IMG/VR virus record: IMGVR_UViG_3300029989_000006
DNA length: 64,000 bases
Source of the DNA: a virus
Strand: one strand, 5' to 3'
The notes beneath the pieces were generated by a model. The model saw nothing but the letters and a program-made list of their open reading frames with translations. It was not told the DNA's origin and searched no databases. This document shows positions 1-8,253 of this stretch, in pieces (the stretch's first letter is position 1; each line of letters opens with the position of its first letter). Both the position numbers and the translations under genes were made by a program.

Positions 1-64
1 ATGTACCTGACTTGAAATCAGAGGTGCCAGGAATGGTGCGTGGGTTGAACCCCTACTACTTCCT
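1..64 (+). tRNA. tRNA-Ser(TGA), 5' end cut by window
   Basis: Anticodon arm ctga-CTTGAAA-tcag, long variable arm gtgcca..tggtgc, T arm gtggg-TTGAACC-cctac, 3' acceptor strand tacttcc. Confidence 0.8.
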
Positions 65-87
65 CAATTATTTATTAAACTTATAAA

Positions 88-414
88 ATGAAAGATTCAT
101 TTACTATTGAAACCGCTATGTTAGCAAAAGAAAAAGGATATCCACAGATATTTGCAGGATGTACTATTAATGGATATTATTTTAAAAATGCTGATACATA
201 TTTACAAGATACTCAGGCAAGATTATAAAAATGGTTGAGAGATGTGCATAATATTAAAGTTTATCTTTTATGGTATGATGATAAAATAACTAATCCTAGA
301 TGGAGTGTGTATATTCATTATCCTCCAGTTTATAAACACTATTATATTAATGGTATTGAAGATTATGAAGAAGGTTTAGAAATAGGATTACAAACAGCTT
401 TAAAATTAATTTAA
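88..414 (+). pseudogene. phage hypothetical protein with in-frame TAA at 226-228 (paralog of 5832..6251)
   Basis: Reads MKDSFTIETAMLAKEKGY...TQARL*KWLRDVHNI...YEEGLEIGLQTALKLI; same motif order as 5832..6251. Confidence 0.65.
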
Positions 415-416
415 TT

Positions 417-599
417 ATGGGATTTTCAATTATTTTATGTGAAATTTTGTTACTTTGTTCTTTGGGATTATTTTTATCATTTGTAAAAGATACAAGCACT
501 CCCCCAACTCACCAAACTTGGATATTTATATCTATCTTAAAATTTATAGGTATTATTATTATTGCATTTATTTCATTTATATTAGGTCATGTTTTCTAA
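417..599 (+). CDS. small membrane protein (2 TM)
   Basis: Two hydrophobic stretches; operon context. Confidence 0.55.
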   Translation: MGFSIILCEILLLCSLGLFLSFVKDTSTPPTHQTWIFISILKFIGIIIIAFISFILGHVF

Positions 600-861
600 T
601 AAAATTTCAAAAGAAAAAGAGTTATTAATTAGACTAGCAACTGATAAGAATGGAAATATAAAATTTAAATCTAAATTATTATATAATAATCCTTATTTAT
701 ATTCTTCTAATGAGGACTTACGTTATTATTTATGGATGATTGAATTAAGTATTTATATTGGGGATAATTTAGACTGTTCTTCAATTCATTGTTCATTTGA
801 TGTATTAAATATTAACAAATTAGAAAATGAATTATTGTATATAATAAATAAAATTAAATGA
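589..861 (+). CDS. hypothetical protein
   Basis: ORF ends in TGA overlapping next ATG (ATGA). Confidence 0.6.
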   Translation: MFSNKISKEKELLIRLATDKNGNIKFKSKLLYNNPYLYSSNEDLRYYLWMIELSIYIGDNLDCSSIHCSFDVLNINKLENELLYIINKIK

Positions 862-1214
862 TAGAGGCATTTTTATTAATTTGCATTCATTGGATTGCAG
901 ATTTTGTTTGTCAAAATAAGAAATTGGCTACTAGTAAATGGAATAGTTTTGATAAACTGACAGATCATACAGTTATTTATAGTGTGGTATTAGGATTACT
1001 AGTTTTTATAGTTCCTGTATTACAATTTAAAAATATTTCTGCACTGTTTTTATTTATAAGTTTAAACCTAATTCTTCATACTATAATTGATTATTTTACA
1101 AGTAAAATTGTGCATAAGAAATTTGAAAATAAACAATATGGTGCATTTAGAGTTATAGGATTTGATCAGGTATTACATTATGGATGTTTGTTTTTTACCT
1201 ATTCAATTTGTTAG
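858..1214 (+). CDS. DUF3307-like membrane protein
   Basis: HWIADFVCQ, H-x-IIDY and GFDQVLH motifs. Confidence 0.75.
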   Translation: MIEAFLLICIHWIADFVCQNKKLATSKWNSFDKLTDHTVIYSVVLGLLVFIVPVLQFKNISALFLFISLNLILHTIIDYFTSKIVHKKFENKQYGAFRVIGFDQVLHYGCLFFTYSIC

Positions 1215-1222
1215 ATATAAAT

Positions 1223-1294
1223 GATAAGTGGGGTGGTTGTATCACTTTTTGTCTGCAAAACAAAGTAAAAAGAGTTAGATTCTCTTACTTATCT
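1223..1294 (+). tRNA. tRNA-Cys(GCA), atypical
   Basis: Acceptor gataagt/acttatc, anticodon arm tttgt-CTGCAAA-acaaa, T arm aagag-TTAGATT-ctctt, U73. Confidence 0.75.
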
Positions 1295-1322
1295 CAGAGA
1301 TTATTAATTTAAAAATTTAATT

Positions 1323-2081
1323 ATGTTTAAAATTATTTGGCCTTGGAGTAAAACTTCAAAGGAAATGCAAGAGTTTCAAGAGTGGAAAGAAAAAAGATCA
1401 GTTGAAAATAAAAATCCTGAGATGATTGTAATGGATCCTAATGGAGAATTAAGTAAAGATTATCTTTATGATTTTCTAGGATGGGAAGCTAGTTATGGTA
1501 ATTATAACCGATATTCAGAAACTATTTTTGCACCAGGTTCTCCTCAACTAGAAGCTCTTAAAATGAAGATTACAGTTAAACCAATAGATGTTGTAAATCA
1601 ATTGGAAACTGCTCCAACATTTTTTGATTTAGCTTGTATTGAGGAAAAAATTCAACTTGTTCTTTCAAAAAAAGAATTGATTAATAATCAATATTCTAAA
1701 AGAGAAGTTAATGGATTATTAGAATGTCTTGAAAATAGAAAAAAATATACTGAATTTAAAGAATATTTTGAGGGATTTCAAGTCACTACTGATGAAAAAA
1801 TTGGAGAAGTTTTGGATAAACATTTATTAGTCCGCAAAGCTGTTGAAATTTTCATTCCTGATTTCCCTGTTGAAGCTATAAAAACAATGCAAACTTATAC
1901 TGATAAAGTGATGGAAGTTTGTGGTAAAAAACCTATTTTTTATGTTATTGCAGAAGATGATAACTTTAAGAAAGCATATGGAAAAAGAGATCCAATTCTT
2001 TTAGCTCAAAGTCCATTTGGTTTCTATTGGTATATTCTCGGTGCATGGGATAAAGAGATGTTACTTCTTTCTGAATTTTAA
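1323..2081 (+). CDS. conserved phage hypothetical protein
   Basis: 252 aa ORF; C-terminal DPILL...W.ILGAWD motif. Confidence 0.75.
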   Translation: MFKIIWPWSKTSKEMQEFQEWKEKRSVENKNPEMIVMDPNGELSKDYLYDFLGWEASYGNYNRYSETIFAPGSPQLEALKMKITVKPIDVVNQLETAPTFFDLACIEEKIQLVLSKKELINNQYSKREVNGLLECLENRKKYTEFKEYFEGFQVTTDEKIGEVLDKHLLVRKAVEIFIPDFPVEAIKTMQTYTDKVMEVCGKKPIFYVIAEDDNFKKAYGKRDPILLAQSPFGFYWYILGAWDKEMLLLSEF

Positions 2082-2090
2082 GATTTTATT

Positions 2091-2510
2091 ATGAAAATTT
2101 TATTTTGTATTTTACTTTTATTCTGTACAATAACAATGGCAGAAGTAAAAGTTATTAAACTTCCTATAAAAGAGAAATTAAAAAAATCTCTGGTTGTAAC
2201 TGCAACTACTTATACTATAAAAAACCGTAGTACTATTGATTTTTATACGAAAAGTGGTTTTAAAATAACTAAAACAAATCCAAAACTGGATAGAGTTATT
2301 GCTGTTAGTCATGATTTAAAGAAACTCTTTAATTATGGTGATTCAGTGTTGATTCAAGGTATTGGAAAACATAGTGGTGTTTATTATATAAGAGATTTAA
2401 TGGATTCAAAATGGAAAAATAGGATTGATATTCTATTAAATCCTAATGATTTATTAATAACTTATTACAAAGTAAAAATTATTTTAATGAATAAAAAAGA
2501 GGTACAATAA
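2091..2510 (+). CDS. 3D-domain (MltA/RlpA-like double-psi beta-barrel) protein with signal peptide
   Basis: N-terminal hydrophobic segment; VTATTY, IAVSHD, Y..RD, RIDI motifs. Confidence 0.75.
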   Translation: MKILFCILLLFCTITMAEVKVIKLPIKEKLKKSLVVTATTYTIKNRSTIDFYTKSGFKITKTNPKLDRVIAVSHDLKKLFNYGDSVLIQGIGKHSGVYYIRDLMDSKWKNRIDILLNPNDLLITYYKVKIILMNKKEVQ

Positions 2511-2525
2511 GTACCTCTTACAAAT

Positions 2526-2597
2526 TCTCCTATGGCAAACAGGTGTAGGCAACGCCCTTTTAAGGCGTGGGGCAAGGATCGTTACCTTGTAGGAGAA
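2526..2597 (+). tRNA. tRNA-Lys(TTT)
   Basis: Acceptor tctccta/taggaga, anticodon arm acgcc-CTTTTAA-ggcgt, T arm caagg-ATCGTTA-ccttg. Confidence 0.9.
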
Positions 2598-2611
2598 CAA
2601 ATATTTAAACT

Positions 2612-3028
2612 ATGAAGAAAGCAATTTTTAAGCTAAACGGAGGACAAGGTGCATTACTCTGTTCTCAATGTCATGTTATCATTACAACAGGAAGATATTT
2701 TACAGATAAACAATGGTTAGCAGCGAAAGGAGAAATTAAATTACCTCCACAATTCTGTGATAGATGTACAAGTAACCATTTATATAAGAAATTAGAAGAT
2801 AAAGTTTATAAATATCCTACTAAAAGTAAATATGGTTTTCATAATGATGAATTAGAAACTCTTTTAAAAGATTATCCTGATATTAATATGGATAAATTTA
2901 ATGAAGCCATGATGGGTAATACCTGTATGATAGATGAAGGAGGAGTAATTATGTATCATTGTGATATATTTGTCGCTTTAAAATGTGGAATAGAAAACAG
3001 AGAATTAACTATTGAAGAATGGGACTAA
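2612..3028 (+). CDS. hypothetical protein with N-terminal CxxC..CxxC zinc-binding domain
   Basis: CSQC...FCDRC; domain paralogous to 51000..51182. Confidence 0.7.
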   Translation: MKKAIFKLNGGQGALLCSQCHVIITTGRYFTDKQWLAAKGEIKLPPQFCDRCTSNHLYKKLEDKVYKYPTKSKYGFHNDELETLLKDYPDINMDKFNEAMMGNTCMIDEGGVIMYHCDIFVALKCGIENRELTIEEWD

Positions 3029-3128
3029 TTATGGAAGAGAAAAAATGTGCAAGTTGTAGAATGATACACTTATTTATAGTGTGTCCATTTTGTGGATCAA
3101 TTGTATCTATTCCTATGGAAGATTGAAA

Positions 3129-3488
3129 ATGAAAATTTTAAAATTTGAATGGGATAATGCTATTGGCTGTGAATGGAATGGTAAAAGTGTTTTAATAGGC
3201 CAATATTTACCAAATAGGGAAAATAATGAAATCTCACATATAGAGATTTATGGTTTTGCTTTAAGTATAGCAGATATAAATAAAGATTTTCAATTACATG
3301 AATATTCTTGTTTTGGTGGTAATATTTGCGGTGAAGTATCTGAGATTTCAAAAGAAGATGCAAGAAAATTATTGTATGAAGAAATTGATAAATCTTTAAA
3401 TATTTTATTTGATCAAGGTGAAATGAATATGATTAATCAAAAACTTAACGTCGCAGAATCAGTTTATGAAGATAACGATGAAGATTGA
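3129..3488 (+). CDS. hypothetical protein
   Basis: ORF; ATG at 3129 preferred; TGA stop. Confidence 0.6.
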   Translation: MKILKFEWDNAIGCEWNGKSVLIGQYLPNRENNEISHIEIYGFALSIADINKDFQLHEYSCFGGNICGEVSEISKEDARKLLYEEIDKSLNILFDQGEMNMINQKLNVAESVYEDNDED

Positions 3489-3690
3489 AAACTATTAATA
3501 ACTTAAAATGGATTCGAGTGCCATTGCGAAAATGTCCCTACCGTAAGTAAACACTGATGTCGACAATTAACAGAAGTTTAACTCGGAGGAAATCTATAAC
3601 ATATAAGGATTAGAAATCTAATATGAAAGAAGAAAGTACAGAACATAAGACTTTAATGGGGATTATGTACGGGAGAGTTATTAATAGTTT
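3489..3690 (+). ncRNA. candidate structured ncRNA closed by a 15-bp perfect stem
   Basis: aaactattaataact (3489-3503) is the exact reverse complement of agttattaatagttt (3676-3690); non-coding interior with hairpins. Confidence 0.5.
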
Positions 3691-3698
3691 AAATTAAT

Positions 3699-3776
3699 AG
3701 GAATGTATTCCCTCTGCCTGATAAGCAGTAGAAAGGATAATTTGGTTACATATGGGTTCAAGTCCCATCTTTCCTA
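3699..3776 (+). ncRNA. rearranged tRNA-like RNA, GAT (Ile) anticodon loop, no D arm in normal position
   Basis: Acceptor aggaatg/ctttcct, ctgc-CTGATAA-gcag, T arm atggg-TTCAAGT-cccat. Confidence 0.6.
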
Positions 3777-3941
3777 CACTCGTGTTGCCCTACCTCGGGC
3801 ACGTATAAAATAATAGATTCTAATAAGCAACCTAGTTGAGGCTTCGTGAACGTTTTGATAATATTCACCAGCACGTACTGGAAAAAAATTATCCACATAT
3901 CCTATTATAGGCCTTAGTAAAACTATAATGAGGATATACAT

Positions 3942-4012
3942 GGAGATAGCCTGGTGGCACGCCCTGATAGGGTTTTACTAGTTGTTTGAGGTTCAACTCC
4001 TCTTTATCTCCC
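3942..4012 (+). ncRNA. aberrant tRNA-like RNA (GAT-containing loop)
   Basis: Perfect acceptor ggagata/tatctcc, T arm gagg-TTCAACT-cctc, gccc-tgata-gggt hairpin. Confidence 0.5.
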
Positions 4013-4032
4013 AAATATTAATAAAATTTAAA

Positions 4033-4302
4033 ATGAGTAAACATTTAATTTATGATTTAATGGAAGCATGTTCTGGAGTTAATGAACTTCGACATGCAAT
4101 AGTAGTAATGAAAGAACTTGGTATCACTTATCAACATCGAACACCTCAAACAATGGGAGAATGTTGGTGGTTTTGGAATTGTGAAAATTTACCAGAAAAA
4201 TTACCAAGTTATTTAACACCACTTGATCTTGACCCAATGGAATGTATTGGATATGGATTAAGTCAAGAAGATGCAGAAAAGATACGTGATTATAAATATT
4301 AA
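4033..4302 (+). CDS. hypothetical protein
   Basis: ORF; ATG at 4033 after A-rich leader. Confidence 0.65.
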   Translation: MSKHLIYDLMEACSGVNELRHAIVVMKELGITYQHRTPQTMGECWWFWNCENLPEKLPSYLTPLDLDPMECIGYGLSQEDAEKIRDYKY

Positions 4303-4376
4303 ATCTCATGATGGCAGGACGTGTATAGCTGGCAATTGTCCAAGTTAGAACCTTCGGGTACTATGCGTGGGATTTA
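4300..4376 (+). ncRNA. candidate small structured RNA
   Basis: Closing stem taaatctcatg/cgtgggattta with G-U pairs; inner ggac/gtcc stem; C(UUCG)G tetraloop hairpin. Confidence 0.5.
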
Positions 4377-4382
4377 TTTAAT

Positions 4383-4457
4383 GCATAAGTGCTCGAGTGA
4401 TCCAAGAGGACGGTCTCCAAAACCGTAAAACCGTGAGTTTGAATCTTACCTTATGTG
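4383..4457 (+). tRNA. tRNA-Trp(CCA)
   Basis: Acceptor gcataag/cttatgt, anticodon arm acggt-CTCCAAA-accgt, G73. Confidence 0.9.
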
Positions 4458-4482
4458 CAATTATTTATTAAAAAATTATGTT

Positions 4483-4899
4483 ATGAGTTATCAAAAATTT
4501 GAAACTGTTGAAAGTAAAATTAATGAAGTTATTTCTACTTTATATGGAGATGAATTTCAAGTTCCTGAATTGCAGGATTCATTAAAAGCTGTTGGATGTC
4601 CTTATGCTTTAGTCATACCACCAATTTTGAAAAAAGCGGGAGTCATAAAAATGGATGGTGTAACTAAACTTTCCAGATTTGTAGTTGAAAGAATTAATTA
4701 TTCTGTCATAAAAGATTTATTTGAAGAAGCAATTCAAGTTTATCAGCATAAGTCTAAAAATATAAATCCATCTGTATATGAAGAAAAGATTATACAAGGA
4801 GAAAGAACTGCAGATGAAGATAGAGCTATAAAACTATTAAAATCTTTAGGTTATATTATTCAAAAAAAGATTATCACTGAATCAATTATAGAAATATAG
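4483..4899 (+). CDS. hypothetical protein
   Basis: ORF; ATG at 4483. Confidence 0.65.
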   Translation: MSYQKFETVESKINEVISTLYGDEFQVPELQDSLKAVGCPYALVIPPILKKAGVIKMDGVTKLSRFVVERINYSVIKDLFEEAIQVYQHKSKNINPSVYEEKIIQGERTADEDRAIKLLKSLGYIIQKKIITESIIEI

Positions 4900-4905
4900 T
4901 TTTAA

Positions 4906-4980
4906 GGGTCCTTAGCTTAGTTTGGTTAAAGCAAATCCCTCATAAGGATGAGAGCCACAGTTCAAGTCTGTGAGGGCCCA
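4906..4980 (+). tRNA. tRNA with CAT anticodon (Ile2-like or elongator Met)
   Basis: Acceptor gggtcct/agggccc, atcc-CTCATAA-ggat, canonical D and T loops; GGG start resembles Ile2. Confidence 0.88.
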
Positions 4981-5258
4981 CTAATTTTTAAAATAATTAA
5001 TAAAATGGAAAGACTTCAAAAAATTCAAAAAATTGTTATTCAGATGATGTATCTTTTGGATTAGATGTAATAGTTAAAGTTTCTTTTGTTATACCAAAAG
5101 GATACACTTCAATGACTCCAGATGAACTTATTAAGGACTGGTTCCAAAGACATCATTTAACATTAGAAGGATATAGCCATGCTTTTAGAGATGGATCAAT
5201 GGTTGGGAACTCTGAAGAAATTATTGATGTAACAATTATTAATAAAGAATAAAAAATT

Positions 5259-5373
5259 AACTAATTTACAAATAGTATAAATCTGAATTATTATGTAGGT
5301 GAAACACCTTCCTGAGTGCAAGGATAAAAATAATAAAGATAATCATAATTATCTAAGATATTGTAAATTAGTT
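5259..5373 (+). ncRNA. candidate structured RNA closed by a 13-bp stem
   Basis: aactaatttacaa/ttgtaaattagtt; inner aggtg-aaa-cacct and tcct/agga hairpins. Confidence 0.45.
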
Positions 5374-5380
5374 TTAAAAT

Positions 5381-5454
5381 GGGGTCGTAGCTCAGTTGAT
5401 TAGAGTATCACACTTGCAATGTGAATGTCAAGGGTTTGAGTCCCTTCTTCTCCA
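5381..5454 (+). tRNA. tRNA-Ala(TGC)
   Basis: G3:U70, tcaca-CTTGCAA-tgtga, T arm aaggg-TTTGAGT-ccctt, A73. Confidence 0.88.
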
Positions 5455-5473
5455 CAAACTAATAATAAATCAC

Positions 5474-5620
5474 ATGGAAAAAGTAATGATTGCAATAGTT
5501 CTATTATGTGGATTACTCTATATAATAGGAAAAGTTAAAGAGTGCAGTGATAATCCAGAATATGAAGCATGGATTACGCAGGACAAAGCAAAATACCCAG
5601 AATTATATAAAAAGAAATAA
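5474..5620 (+). CDS. small membrane protein
   Basis: ATG 5474; N-terminal hydrophobic helix; TAATG coupling. Confidence 0.55.
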   Translation: MEKVMIAIVLLCGLLYIIGKVKECSDNPEYEAWITQDKAKYPELYKKK

Positions 5621-5835
5621 TGGATGAAATAAAATTAGAAGATTATTGGACAAAGAAGTTTCCTAATGGACATTTGCCTTCTTATGCTAAAGAAATGATG
5701 CTTGAATTTGCATCAGATATTCTTCAATTAGCTACTGAAAATGCCTCAATAAAAACTGAAGTATGTATGGGAGTTGTAATAGATCATAATATTGACAGAG
5801 ATTCTATTCTTAACACAATAAATCAAATAGAATGA
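5620..5835 (+). CDS. hypothetical protein
   Basis: Coupled ORF, ATGA overlap. Confidence 0.6.
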   Translation: MDEIKLEDYWTKKFPNGHLPSYAKEMMLEFASDILQLATENASIKTEVCMGVVIDHNIDRDSILNTINQIE

Positions 5836-6251
5836 AAAATTTATTTGTACCATATGAATTAGCTTTAAAGCTAAAAGAGAAAGGATTTAATGAACCTTGT
5901 TTTGCTGTATATGTGAGACATAAATTACTTATGATTGGTCAACCAAATGATCTTCAAATTTATACTACTGAAGATTTTGAAGATGATATAAAAAGTGAAG
6001 ATATTATTGCTCCTCTTTATCAACAAGTAACAGATTGGTTTAGAGAGGAACATAATATACATATTCATATATCAAGAATGTATTGCTATGTAGGAGATAA
6101 GCCAAGAACCTTCGATGGTTGGTGCGTCTATATTGATAATGGGGTTGAAGATTCTGATTTAGAATGTAATTCCATATTCATTAAAATGTTCTATCCTACT
6201 TATTATGAAGCTTTAATAAAGGCTATTGAAGAAGCATTAAAACTTATTTAA
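5832..6251 (+). CDS. phage hypothetical protein
   Basis: LALKLKEKGF...APLYQQVTDWFRE motifs; paralog at 88..414. Confidence 0.7.
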   Translation: MKNLFVPYELALKLKEKGFNEPCFAVYVRHKLLMIGQPNDLQIYTTEDFEDDIKSEDIIAPLYQQVTDWFREEHNIHIHISRMYCYVGDKPRTFDGWCVYIDNGVEDSDLECNSIFIKMFYPTYYEALIKAIEEALKLI

Positions 6252-6601
6252 TGAAAAAAGGAGTATCACGAATAGTTTTTAAAATAGGAAAATTTGCAAT
6301 AAAAATTCCTAATCATTCATTTAATCACGAACATTTTCTACTTGGATGTTGGGCAAATTGTTCAGAAAGAAACTGGTATAAATGTACTAATAAAATAGCT
6401 GAATATAAAGATAAGATGGCACCTTCTCTATTTTGTTCATGGTTTGGTTTAATTCAAATTCAATATTGGTGTAATCCTATTGATAGAGATTTAACAGATG
6501 AAGAACTTAAATATTTTGATAATATTAGAAATGGAGAACAAAAATCTGAAAACTTTGGATATTATAATAATAGAATGGTTTGTTTAGATTATGCACAATA
6601 G
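6251..6601 (+). CDS. kinase-like fold protein (possible)
   Basis: G.SRIVF..AIKIP start and NFG...LDY end resemble minimal protein-kinase-like motifs. Confidence 0.45.
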   Translation: MKKGVSRIVFKIGKFAIKIPNHSFNHEHFLLGCWANCSERNWYKCTNKIAEYKDKMAPSLFCSWFGLIQIQYWCNPIDRDLTDEELKYFDNIRNGEQKSENFGYYNNRMVCLDYAQ

Positions 6602-6797
6602 ATATAATTAATATTTGATTTATATTAATGGAAAAATTATTATGAAAAAATGGATTATTAAATTATTTAATAAATTTATTATATTGATCAATACTGACTC
6701 ATATGATGATGGAACAGGTTGGGGATGAAGAAAGAACTTAATTTCTATTTCTATATTCTTTTTGGCAGATGTCAATTAATGTTGGATTATTGTTTAA

Positions 6798-7202
6798 ATG
6801 AAAATTATTATGGAAGAATTAGAAAAGAAAGTTGAAGAAGCTGCTAAAAAGTATATAAAAGACTATTATAGTGAGCAAATAATGCCTAAGTGTGTAAAAG
6901 ATGCTTTTATTAATGGCGCTAAATCTCCTGAAGCTAAAGAATATTGGCAACAAGAAAAAAAACTTAAGAATATTATCTTCTCTGATGATATTGATACAAT
7001 TGGTAAATGTGCTAAGTGTGGAGTTGAATTTCATATACATAAATTAGAACAACAAGGAATGTATACTGAAGAAGATTTAAGAGATGCTTTTAATACAGCA
7101 CAAAAACAAGCATCTGCAAGTACAGATCAATGTGGAAATGTAGAAGTAAATCATACAGAAACATTTGAAGAATGGTTTGAACAAAATAAAAAGAAATCAT
7201 GA
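6798..7202 (+). CDS. hypothetical protein
   Basis: ORF with inserted CxxC; TGA stop in ATGA overlap. Confidence 0.6.
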   Translation: MKIIMEELEKKVEEAAKKYIKDYYSEQIMPKCVKDAFINGAKSPEAKEYWQQEKKLKNIIFSDDIDTIGKCAKCGVEFHIHKLEQQGMYTEEDLRDAFNTAQKQASASTDQCGNVEVNHTETFEEWFEQNKKKS

Positions 7203-7481
7203 AGACTAAAAAAATTGCTAAAGAATTAACGAGTCAAGAACTTATAGAAAGAATTTATAATTATACAGTTCAGATTGAAAAGCTCCAAACTATGCGACTT
7301 ATTTTTACAAAGGAAATAATTAAACGAAAGAAAAGAAAAATTAAATTATGAAAATAAATTTTAAAACAATGAGACTTGATATCCAAAGGTTAAAAGATGC
7401 TATGGGCAGTGAATATACTTGTGAAAGATGTTTAGGAAACAGATGTCATCCAGAGACTTGTAATTGTTGGTGTCATAATTA

Positions 7482-7555
7482 GGAGATATAGCTCAATTGT
7501 ATAGAGTTCTAAATTACGAATTTAGAAGTTGCAGGTTAGAATCCTGCTATCTTCA
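7482..7555 (+). tRNA. tRNA-Arg(ACG)
   Basis: Acceptor ggagata/tatcttc, ctaaa-TTACGAA-tttag, T arm gcagg-TTAGAAT-cctgc. Confidence 0.88.
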
Positions 7556-7573
7556 CTAAAAATAAAAAAAATT

Positions 7574-7747
7574 ATGAGAACATTATTTAATTATTTCAGA
7601 CAGGTATTTTGTAAACATGAATTTGAAGTAGAAATTGTAGAATCAACCGAAAGAGATATATATTCAGGTGCTAGTAAACAAGGAGAAAAACGTTCTCTAT
7701 ATTGTCCTAAATGTGGATATCATTCTTGGCATTGGAAGAGTTTTTAA
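7574..7747 (+). CDS. small zinc-ribbon protein
   Basis: FCKH...CPKCG. Confidence 0.6.
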   Translation: MRTLFNYFRQVFCKHEFEVEIVESTERDIYSGASKQGEKRSLYCPKCGYHSWHWKSF

Positions 7748-7748
7748 T

Positions 7749-8030
7749 ATGGCAATGTTTGGAAGCTCTTGGTCAGAGGGCACTGAAGGAGAAGAAATAG
7801 GACCATTTAGTCATTGGTTAGAAGATTCAATTGAAGATGATGGGCCTATGGTACCTTCATCTTGGAAAGAAGAAGTTCCTACGAATGCATTTGACTTATG
7901 TATGGAATTAAAAAGAAAAACAGGTATGGGATTATTAAGTGCCAAACGTTGTTTACAAGATAATACTTGGGATATTGATAAAGCAAATGAAAACCATCAC
8001 ACTTATATGTGGGATGGTAAATTGAAATAA
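7749..8030 (+). CDS. protein with EF-Ts N-terminal (UBA-like) domain
   Basis: ELKRKTGMGLLSAKRCL...DIDKA resembles the EF-Ts N-terminal helices. Confidence 0.6.
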   Translation: MAMFGSSWSEGTEGEEIGPFSHWLEDSIEDDGPMVPSSWKEEVPTNAFDLCMELKRKTGMGLLSAKRCLQDNTWDIDKANENHHTYMWDGKLK

Positions 8031-8164
8031 ATATTCATCACATGGATACCGCATGGTTGAGTCAAATTTGAACTCTTCACCTCTTCGGCCGGTTAAACGA
8101 TTAGGTATGAATATAAATAGTTTTAAGGCATCTGAATTCTATTCAAAAATAATGGTGCCACCAC

Positions 8165-8251
8165 GTCTCGGTTGCCTTAGTTGGTCGAAAGGTCTAGGCT
8201 GTTAACCTAGTGAGTTTTACTCCACCGTGGGTTCGAATCCCACCCCTGACT
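8165..8251 (+). tRNA. tRNA-Asn(GTT) with long variable arm
   Basis: ctagg-CTGTTAA-cctag, variable hairpin gagt/actc, T arm gtggg-TTCGAAT-cccac. Confidence 0.82.
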
Positions 8252-8253
8252 CT

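Noticed and set aside
1-64. tRNA with TGA in the loop as an opal suppressor
   Set aside because: Anticodon TGA reads UCA (Ser); a suppressor needs anticodon TCA.
5396-5473. 5' extensions of ORFs 3982, 4453, 5396 and 7529
   Set aside because: They run into tRNA or tRNA-like genes; downstream ATGs chosen.
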